Of a stretch of DNA of 64,000 nucleotides, positions 21,235 through 29,535 are shown in pieces (the stretch's first letter is position 1; every line of letters begins with the position of its first letter). The translations under genes and the position numbers were made by a program. The notes beneath the pieces were generated by a model. It searched no databases and was not told where the DNA came from. It saw only the letters and a list, made by a program, of their open reading frames with translations. The DNA is from an uncultured delta proteobacterium (GTDB taxonomy: Bacteria; Desulfobacterota; WTBG01): assembly GCA_963793865.1 (NCBI GenBank), contig CAWCBP010000002.1, forward strand, positions 32,001 to 96,000. Reading direction: 5' to 3'.

Positions 21235-22057
21235 TTGAACCATAAGAAAAAATTGGCTCCAGCACATAAATATTGTTCGAAGAAAATATCAAGCGACGTT
21301 ACGACGGGTCAAAAAAAGTATTCCACAGACATGTGTGAATTGCCTGTGGATAAGTGAGGGGTTGAAGGAAAATTGGTACGATTGCTATTGGCGTTTTAGC
21401 ATTCTGCTCAAATCCTGACCATTGAAGAGTGATAATAAAAACAGAGTGTTAGAAGCGTATGGGCTTATGCTGAATGGAATCCGTTTGCGACTTTCTTTTT
21501 TATACCCAAGATATCCACAATGGTGAAGAAGCTTTCAATATCTTGTGCCGGGTCTTTTGCACGAGATCAATTTCTGCTTCCAGCGCCACTGCAAAAAGAA
21601 AAATTTTCAAATACAAAAAAAATACGCCTTGCGTCTTTATGAGATAATTTATAAAGAGGGAATGATGCAGGATGCACGATACAGGAGTCATTGACCCTGA
21701 CCCCTGCACCCCTCTTTTTTGAACCACGAAGCTCACGAAGGAAAAGAAGGAAGAACACGAAGAAAGAGGACTAGATGCTAGATGCTTGCCGCAGGATGCA
21801 GGCAGAGTGTTCTTCCCTGAACCCGGTTCCCTGCACCCTAAACCCTCTTTTTTGAACCACGAAGCTCACGAAGGACGGCACGAAGAACACGAAGCTGCAA
21901 CCACGAAACACGAAGAAAAAAGGGGTCTAGTCTCAACATGCAATACAGCAATGTTGATACCAGACCCACGGTTATGTGAAGGGCACGGAGAAGCGGGGCA
22001 TGAAAAGCAGGAAAGAATGCCGGATACACGATTCAGGTGTAAGCAGCCAGTATCCAG
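21235..22057. repeat. Long non-coding repeat, copy C (longest; internal module duplicated)
   Basis: Shares its left end TTGAACCATAAG and right end CAGTATCCAG with copy A. Confidence 0.9.
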
Positions 22058-22384
22058 CAACGTGCAAGGGGTCAGGTCTTGAAATATCAATTGCGAGGGC
22101 GCAGGGGTCGGGGATCAGGGTGGAGGGGGAAACAAGAAGTTTACAGTTGCCGGTTAGCAGTTCACAGGAAGAAAATAGTCAACTGTCCATGCTCCACGGC
22201 GAAGGCAGTTTGTTGACGGTGGGAGGCGAGAAAATCAGCGGCGGGCTGTTTTTGTGTCACCTCATTCTTCCGGCGGCGGAGGGGAAATAGTCAATGTTTC
22301 AAAATGTATTCCATTTGCTCTTTTAGGATGGGTAGTTCATGTTTCATATTCCCCTAAACAACGACAATATCCACACCCAGATAG

Positions 22385-22639
22385 TTATGGATTAAAACAT
22401 TTCGCAATCCTATTACGCTTTTCCAGGGAACTTCCGGATATCTCTCTAAATTCTTTTGGAAGTTTGCTGCTCGCCTCTCCGATTATTTCAAAATTTCTTA
22501 TAATGGCATCTATGGTTTTGTTATCTCTTTCAAAAGCTGCAAATGACATACCTTCCGTATATCTTTCGATTGAAGATATTGCGTCAAGAATATGGTTTAC
22601 ATACGCTTTATAATCCTTCTCCAATTGTCTCAGCCTCAT
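22385..22639 (-). pseudogene. DUF86/HepT toxin, truncated or frameshifted before the RX4H motif
   Basis: HILDAI..IERY...DAIIRNFEIIGEA, then loses similarity. Confidence 0.8.
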
Positions 22640-22907
22640 TCAAAATATATGGGCCGATATATTTGCTTAACCCTCTTCTGGACACAATATTGACCTTTTT
22701 TTTCAATATCTCAGATAAATTTTCTTCAAGTTCCACCAGGTCAAAAAGAGTTGCCCCTTCGACCAGATCCACCAGCAAGTCAATATCGCTGCTCTCCTTC
22801 TGCTCATTTCTTACATAAGAACCGAAAAGTGCAACGGATTTGACCTTGCATTTTTTAAACATGTCTCCGTGCGCAGATAAGATCTTTATGATGTCCTTTT
22901 TTTGCAT
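22608..22907 (-). CDS. Minimal nucleotidyltransferase (MntA-type)
   Basis: LFGSYVRNEQKESSDIDLLV. Confidence 0.9.
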   Translation of the reverse strand: MQKKDIIKILSAHGDMFKKCKVKSVALFGSYVRNEQKESSDIDLLVDLVEGATLFDLVELEENLSEILKKKVNIVSRRGLSKYIGPYILNEAETIGEGL

Positions 22908-23018
22908 CGCTGTTTGTTCCTCTATTCATCTTTGAATTAATATACATTTACATGATATCACAGAACCGGCAAAGAGCAAACCTGGAATTTGTGTCAATGA
23001 GGCAGTGGGGTATAGACG

Positions 23019-23256
23019 ATGATAGAAGCAGGGCAGAACATAGAGTACATTCTGAATCAGCTCGGTCATAGTTCGATTCAGGTAACCCTAGACATATACG
23101 GCCACCACATGAAACCAGTTAACAGCGAAGAAGCAGAAAAGCTGAGGGCTACCCTTTTCAGTAGCAAAAATTCAGAAGATGGTAGCAAAATGGTAGCAGA
23201 AGGGGTAGAAGTCATGAAAAAAGCACCTGACTATACAGCCAAGTGCTTGATTTTGC
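23019..23256 (+). pseudogene. C-terminal remnant of a tyrosine integrase
   Basis: GQNIEYILNQLGHSSIQVTLDIYGH box II with catalytic Tyr; ends at the att duplication. Confidence 0.85.
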
Positions 23257-23302
23257 TGGTGGGCCGTGCAGGAGTCGAACCTGCGACCTACTGATTAAGA
23301 GT
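23257..23302 (-). repeat. att site: 46-bp duplicate of the 3' part of tRNA-Lys
   Basis: Identical to 31389-31434. Confidence 0.95.
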
Positions 23303-23625
23303 TACTCTCCCTAGCCCTTCTAGTTTTCTCTCTTGTTTGTTACTGTTTGATCTTGTTTGAAAAATTGCTGTATAAAGGGGTAGAGTTTTCTACCCTGGTC
23401 TCCCTTGTTTGCTCCTGTCTACTGCACAATTACTGCACAGCCCCCCATAAGTCAAATCGCCCGACGGGCCTTCCCAACGACAGCATAAAGCCTATTCATG
23501 TGAGTATAATCTCAGCCAAAACCAGGGTGGTACGGCAAGGGTGGTCAGGGCCAAAAATTCCAGAAACATGCAAGTATAACACTAAATAGTTTTAGTAAGT
23601 GATGCCACTCGTTGGGTAGGGAAAA

Positions 23626-23820
23626 TTACTCCTCTATAATGATAGCATCTGTATCACACTCTGTAATGGCTTTTTTTACACGGTCTTCCAGATGGGGAGG
23701 GATTTCACTGACAACCACACGCGCCTCTGTTTTTTCATCATCGTATTCGAAGACTTCCGGACACACTTCACTGCAGTGTCCATCTCCCATACACAAATCG
23801 TAGTCAATTTTTATCTTCAT
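23626..23820 (-). CDS. Monocluster ferredoxin (CxxDxxC...C)
   Basis: MKIKIDYDLCMGDGHCSEVCPEVF...AITECDTDAI. Confidence 0.9.
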   Translation of the reverse strand: MKIKIDYDLCMGDGHCSEVCPEVFEYDDEKTEARVVVSEIPPHLEDRVKKAITECDTDAIIIEE

Positions 23821-24345
23821 ATACTTCCCCCTGTAACAGTTTGCTGTACTTCCTCCCGGTTTCGAATCTATCACTGCCAGTTTATAAATCAAGATTATTC
23901 TATTACCTATACATGCAGACCGCAAGATGTAGGAGTTGCCCAATATATCAAATTTCTTGACCCTTCTTGCAACATTGATTTTGCATTTTTACTTGCAGAC
24001 TCCATATTACAACTTGTAATAGAACATCCCGAACAATGACATACACTAGGGTTTGCTTTCTATCTTCCCCTGTTTCAAGAATTACTTTTTGCGCAAGAGA
24101 AGCCATAGCAAGAAGACTACAACAACTAAAACTATGATTTTTGACATCCTTGCCTTCCTCTCTGTCAAATACCCATTGAATCCGTCCTAACACTATAATT
24201 ATTATTTGCAATGGAATTGTATTTATATTCAAAAGTAGTTGCAACCATGTAATTCAAAACATAAATCCCTTGTTATTGCAAACAAAAACCCCCAGTATCA
24301 CTCATGAGGGGAAACAAGGGATTTGCAATTTCGTCTTCCACCTGA

Positions 24346-24422
24346 TTACAGCTTGTTTTGGCTTGTTATGGTAGCAAAATGGTAGCAGAAAAGGGGCTGG
24401 GATTATTCCCGGCTCTTTTGTT
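24346..24422. repeat. 77-bp direct repeat (other copy 25791-25867) containing tandem ATGGTAGCA units
   Basis: Near-identical copies; core ATGGTAGCAAAATGGTAGCAGAA also at 23179-23201. Confidence 0.9.
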
Positions 24423-24756
24423 GTTAAACGAACCGCCCCAGGATACTCAACCTGCTCTTAGATCATACCCAAGGCAAGCCCCCAGATCAGATCCATCAGG
24501 AGCAGGTGACGTTCGTTATGCACGTCAATAGGAATACTGATGCTCAGGATGCAGTGGTGGTTGATGATGGGCATAAGTATCTGCCAGAGGGAGAGGGGTA
24601 ATAAAGGCAGGCGCTGGTTTGACCCCTGCCCGTAGCATACTAACCAAGCAAATAATCGCGTGGATTTTTATGTTTGCTGATCTCTTTAATTTCTTCCTTA
24701 TTTCCCCGACTCCTCCCGTTAAGATCGACAATACGATACTGTCAATTGGTTTAAAA

Positions 24757-25662
24757 CTAAATGCAAATACCAACAAAGCACACCACCAACGGTGCACAAC
24801 AATCCTCGTTAACGACACATGGGCCGCAGTGTCCACCTATACACGCCTGATTACCGCAGTCACTACAGGTGAAACACTCATAACAGTCCTGTGTATTGAT
24901 TTTACAATTGTTATTGCAGGTCAAAACACCACCATAAGGGTAGCCGGCTTCTTCGCAGGTGTCCTTGGCCAGCGGAAACAGGTCACCGTCACATTCCTCA
25001 CCGGCATCCAACGTGTTGTTCCCACATTTTATGGGTCCACGTACTGGCCAGACGTAGTAGGGGAAGGTCTTAAAGTCAGTGCCGACATAGCCATTGCCGA
25101 AGTACACGACCCAGCCGAAGAAAACGTTGGCGTTAGTAGTAGACGACCAGTAGTAGGTATTCTTCACGTCGGTGAAAAAATACATCTGATTATAACGTAT
25201 ATACTCATCCCCGACCATGATTCCTACCAGCTCACTCTTGGTGGGGAGCCGCCAATCTCCTTCCACTGACCCATCACTGAGTCCGGTCCCTGACATGCCT
25301 GCATATAAGATACCAGCCCTCGTGTGTGCATCATCATATGCATCACAATCAGCCCATGGTTTTAAGCCTCCCCACCCCGCATTTTTCAACCACACCAGCC
25401 CGGTTGTCATGTCTTTTACTGTCCCGTTGCCTTGGTCACACCACCTGCCTAGCGGTGACAGTGTGCCGCTGCAACAATCGCTACCCGTGGGACACGGATT
25501 ATTAATCTGACTTCTTCCAAAATCTGATTTGAACACAAAAGCATCAGTTCCATCTACATCTACATCACAGTCAAAATTACCGTCACAGAAATCTTGTGCC
25601 ATCACTGGGGCAACTGACAATAGCAACACAAAAGCAAGTACTAATGATAGTTTCTTATCCAT
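24757..25662 (-). CDS. Secreted protein: EF-hand/dockerin-like module + DUF1566 (Lcl C-terminal) + Cys-rich tail
   Basis: Signal peptide; GNFDCDVDVDGTDA; GNGTVKDMTTGLVW...WRLPTKSEL...YWSST...VWPVRG; CGNNTLDAGEECDG. Confidence 0.85.
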   Translation of the reverse strand: MDKKLSLVLAFVLLLSVAPVMAQDFCDGNFDCDVDVDGTDAFVFKSDFGRSQINNPCPTGSDCCSGTLSPLGRWCDQGNGTVKDMTTGLVWLKNAGWGGLKPWADCDAYDDAHTRAGILYAGMSGTGLSDGSVEGDWRLPTKSELVGIMVGDEYIRYNQMYFFTDVKNTYYWSSTTNANVFFGWVVYFGNGYVGTDFKTFPYYVWPVRGPIKCGNNTLDAGEECDGDLFPLAKDTCEEAGYPYGGVLTCNNNCKINTQDCYECFTCSDCGNQACIGGHCGPCVVNEDCCAPLVVCFVGICI

Positions 25663-26077
25663 GGTAGCCTCCTTTTTAAAAATTATGGATGCAAAATAAT
25701 ATTAAAAACTCCCATAATCATTAATAGACTCCAATTTCCCGCAAGTAAATGGAGTCAATGCTGTATTTAGACAGGATTTAAACAGTATTTTTACAGCTTG
25801 TTTTGGCTTGTTATGGTAGCAAAATGGTAGCAGAAAAGGGCTGGGGATTATTCCCGGCTCTTTTGTTCATTATCCCGCCACCAGAAAAAATGAGGCTCGG
25901 GATAGCGAGCTGCTTGAGCAGGGTTGCTTGCTAAAGGTAGTAAGGAATGCAAAAGGCAGGAGTGATTTTGACCCCTGCCTTTGTTATCCTGCATAGAAGA
26001 TAATCTTGTCACACTCATCTCTAATGCTATTTAAGGCACCTTATTTGGATAAATAATCTGATCTGTAAACTTAAAAT

Positions 26078-26767
26078 TTACTTCTTCGCTCCCGTTGACA
26101 GTTCTTTTGCCTTGCGTTCATTCCTTTTTCTTGTCTTAGTCATTCCCTTATTAAATTCTACCTTACTTAAAAACCCATCATTGTTTGCGTCCATCAATTT
26201 AAAATTATTTCTAGCACGTTTCCTTGCATGAATCATGTGTTCTTTCAGGCTAATTTTCCCATCTCCGTCAGCATCCACTTTATTAAACCGCCACTCCAAC
26301 CTCTTGGCGTTATAAGGGACATTTTGGTCATCAATCATATCTCTGACAATCCAGCATGCTATGAATAGTACTAGAACAAACACCGCAATATAAGGGTATC
26401 GTGATATCGGCTTCCAGATTTTATAAGAAAGCCTATCATCATTTGCTTTTAGATACTGTTTTGTTTTCTCATCAAAATCCTCCTTAATCTCATCGATTAT
26501 TCTACGGTGCTTGCCAAGAGACCATTGTATATCTAAAAGGAGAATTACTCCAACACCAAATATTACCCAGATATACCATTCCGGGATTATAACGAAAGGA
26601 AAATTTTTATCTATAAATGTTATGGCTGTTAACAAAAGAAGACAATAATAGGTAACTTTCCATTGTTGCTGCTTGAAGAATCTTAATTCATCATTACATT
26701 GCTGGTAAAGTGTAATTCTTTCTACGCTTACTTTACTTTCTCTATCGTTCATTGGTTCCACTTGCAA
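26078..26767 (-). CDS. Membrane protein with C-terminal paired EF-hands
   Basis: Three hydrophobic segments; DADGDGKISLKE and DANNDGFLSKVE loops. Confidence 0.7.
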   Translation of the reverse strand: MQVEPMNDRESKVSVERITLYQQCNDELRFFKQQQWKVTYYCLLLLTAITFIDKNFPFVIIPEWYIWVIFGVGVILLLDIQWSLGKHRRIIDEIKEDFDEKTKQYLKANDDRLSYKIWKPISRYPYIAVFVLVLFIACWIVRDMIDDQNVPYNAKRLEWRFNKVDADGDGKISLKEHMIHARKRARNNFKLMDANNDGFLSKVEFNKGMTKTRKRNERKAKELSTGAKK

Positions 26768-26840
26768 CGCCTCCTTTTAGATTATTGATAACTACACCAC
26801 TCCACCCCAGCTTCACACGCAGGGCATGGGTTCAGAAACT

Positions 26841-27515
26841 CTAATGACCACCTCGGACGGGCCAGACATAGAGGGGATTCGCTGTCTTTTGGCCGAAGAC
26901 CACGGTACCACTGCCCATGTCCACGCTCCACGCTTCGCCCGTAAAGCCGTTGAGAGTAGTAGACGACCAGTAGTATTCGGACTGCACGTTGTCGAAGAAA
27001 TTCCACCCCCACATAGCCGGCTCAGAATAGTCATAATCAACAAGACTTAACATTTCCTTGATATTTGGCAAACTCCAATCACCTGGAATTGAACCATCCG
27101 TAAGTCCGCAAGTCCCACTTGATAAACTGTTACATGCCGTCAATGCAGCGTCCCACGTTTCTCTTGCAAAACAATTAGCGTTTTTCAACCAGGTAAGCCC
27201 TGTCAGGTTATCGGTTATCGTACCATTACCATTATCGGTAAAGCGACCAGCACCCCATGAAATACCTTTGTGATACCAGCCGTCATCACCTATTGCATAA
27301 GAAGGGCTTTGCCATGTCCTCTCCACTGGTGCTGGCCCATCAGGCGGACAGGGATCCAATAATGCACTTCTACCAAAATCCTGTTTGAATGTTGATGCAT
27401 CGCTTCCATCCACATCTTTGTCATAGTCAAAATTACCTTTGCAGAAATCCTGTCCTAATGCAGCAAATGGCACTAACAGTAATAAGATTGAAAATGACAC
27501 TATTATTCTTTTCAT
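26841..27515 (-). CDS. Secreted protein: EF-hand/dockerin-like module + DUF1566
   Basis: AGGAGG RBS, MKRII signal peptide; RFTDNGNGTITDNLTGLTW, WSLPNIKEM, YWSST, VWPVRGG. Confidence 0.87.
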   Translation of the reverse strand: MKRIIVSFSILLLLVPFAALGQDFCKGNFDYDKDVDGSDASTFKQDFGRSALLDPCPPDGPAPVERTWQSPSYAIGDDGWYHKGISWGAGRFTDNGNGTITDNLTGLTWLKNANCFARETWDAALTACNSLSSGTCGLTDGSIPGDWSLPNIKEMLSLVDYDYSEPAMWGWNFFDNVQSEYYWSSTTLNGFTGEAWSVDMGSGTVVFGQKTANPLYVWPVRGGH

Positions 27516-27617
27516 AGTCCACCTCCTTGTTAGGTAATTGTTACTGACATAAATCCACACTCACATGATGGACAAGTGACAAATCGATTCCCTCCATAGT
27601 CAGGGCATGCATGGTGC

Positions 27618-28886
27618 TTACAGATCCTGAAATAAACTACCAGCCCTCCAGTCATCTTCACCTGTAGCATTATGGGACATCCCACCACTTACGCTGGAAG
27701 TACCCCCGCTTGCTGTATTAGCAAACCCACCGCTCACGCTGGCAGAAGTGCCGCTTGCTAAATTTAAATTACCCCCGCTTACACTGGCAGAATCCCCGCT
27801 TGCTGTATTATAAAACCCGCCGCTTACACTGGCAAAACTATAAGTAGCCGCATTCCCAGATCCCCCGCTCACGCTGGTAGACCCACCGCTCGCTGTATTT
27901 TCAGAACCACCACTTACACTTGCATACCATGCACTTGCTGTATTACTCAGCCCCCCACTCACACTGGCCCACTGACCGATTGATTCATTGGAATGCCCGC
28001 CACTCACACTGGCATTATTGCCACTTGCTGTATTACTTGCTCCACCGCTCACACTTGACCTATCGCCGCTTGCTGTATTAGCATTTCCTCCGCTCACGCA
28101 CGCATTCTGCCCAATAGTGTGGTCTGTAAGGTCCGGATCTCCTGCTGTGTTATAAACTCCTCCCAGTACCGCTGAATAGTGGCCAAATGCTTTATTTCCA
28201 TAATCTGCAGTGTCGCCACCGCCTCCGCCCACAAAGGAATAATCACCGCTGGCCACATTATACCTGCCACCGCTTACGCTGGAACTTTGGCTGCTTGCCG
28301 TATTATTGGCTCCACCGCTCACACTAGAAGCCTGACTGCTTGCTGTATTATTATTGCCACCGCTCACACTGGCATAAGGCCCTGAAACAGTGTTCCAACG
28401 GCCTGCTACCAGCCCGCCATAGGAAGCATAGTTATGGCGTGAGCCGACCACAATATTATGGGATCCGGTGCGATCATCAGTACCATCATTGCGAATCTCG
28501 TTATATCCTACAATCAGGTTACCCCGGCCATTGACTGTTCCGCTTGTATTCCCACTCCCACTAACAATCTGCACATTCACTCCGCTAAACCGTATCGTAT
28601 CCTGTCCTTCCACTATAATCCTGGTCACATTGGCCAGCAGCGCTTCAAGCTGTGCAATCCTTATTTCTAACTGTTCGGCTGTCTCACACGCTATCACGGG
28701 GCAGGGATCTAACAATGAACTTCTACCAAAATCTGATTTAAACACAAAGGCATCCGTTCCATCCTGGTCAGAATCGTTATCAAAATTGCCTTCACAATAG
28801 TCAACTGGTTGTGCCATGACAGGAGATACCGATAGTGAAAAAATAAAAACTGCTGTAACTGCTAAAACTACCGTTAGTCTTTTCAT
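27618..28886 (-). CDS. Secreted protein: EF-hand/dockerin-like module, coiled coil, 14-aa SVSGG..NTASG repeats (beta-helix adhesin-like)
   Basis: GGAGG RBS, MKRLTVV signal peptide; more than 12 repeats with 42-bp period. Confidence 0.82.
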   Translation of the reverse strand: MKRLTVVLAVTAVFIFSLSVSPVMAQPVDYCEGNFDNDSDQDGTDAFVFKSDFGRSSLLDPCPVIACETAEQLEIRIAQLEALLANVTRIIVEGQDTIRFSGVNVQIVSGSGNTSGTVNGRGNLIVGYNEIRNDGTDDRTGSHNIVVGSRHNYASYGGLVAGRWNTVSGPYASVSGGNNNTASSQASSVSGGANNTASSQSSSVSGGRYNVASGDYSFVGGGGGDTADYGNKAFGHYSAVLGGVYNTAGDPDLTDHTIGQNACVSGGNANTASGDRSSVSGGASNTASGNNASVSGGHSNESIGQWASVSGGLSNTASAWYASVSGGSENTASGGSTSVSGGSGNAATYSFASVSGGFYNTASGDSASVSGGNLNLASGTSASVSGGFANTASGGTSSVSGGMSHNATGEDDWRAGSLFQDL

Positions 28887-29535
28887 AGTCTTACCCTCCT
28901 TCAAATAAAAAATCCCCACTTCATTCCATGACCACCACGGCCAAAGAAAAAGCGGGGTTCTTCTCATATGATGCCAGTACTCACCGTATTTCCCCCTCAC
29001 AGATACAATGTATTATAATTTAATCAGAAAAGGTTCATTTTTTCAAGGACAATAAAACAGCCCCCCAGCCTGCTAGTGGCCAAGGGGCTATTTTATGAAG
29101 GGTTTAATTAATGAGGATCAGGGGTGCCTACCGGAAGGTAGTGCGGAAGAATAAAGGCAGGAGCCGTTTTGGCCCCTGCCTTAGTTGACATGCTGGAAGA
29201 TATGGCTACTGTCAAGTCAGGTATTGTTCGGGACAGATTTGCTATAGAACTGCAGCAGTTGATTCTATTTAACCTTGTTCATTTGATCCTGGAGTTTTTC
29301 CTTCTCAACCTTTTCACCGGCAACCTGCCGTTGAGGTGCGAGTCAGGTTCTCACTCCAAACTTTGGCAATATGTAAGCCTGCAATAACAGCCAACCCCCG
29401 ACTATTAAAACCATAAATAAAAGTGCTTTCATTCCAAACACTCCTTTTTACCCATGCACACTGCATGCGTTTTTGGTTATATGAAAAGAGGGCTGAAATT
29501 AAGCCCTCTTCTCCGTATTATGAACCACCAATAAC

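Noticed and set aside
16555..21970. CRISPR array from the CACGAAG and hairpin repeats
   Set aside because: No constant repeat-spacer period, degenerate units, no cas genes
11136..22290. Paralogous small ORFs within the long repeats (e.g. 11361-11639, 18464-18745, 21500-21736)
   Set aside because: Frames are broken by indels between copies; no RBS or known motifs
11175..22990. Classical integron/attC array
   Set aside because: No intI; I could not identify RYYYAAC...GTTRRRY-bounded attC hairpins after the genes (a covariance search is needed to exclude fully)
23257..23302. Second tRNA-Lys gene
   Set aside because: Only the 3' 46 nt are present; no D arm or 5' acceptor strand
29290..29400. 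c-di-GMP-I riboswitch
   Set aside because: Only a GGTTGCCG-like fragment; the GGCAAAC..GAAA..GACGCAAA core is absent
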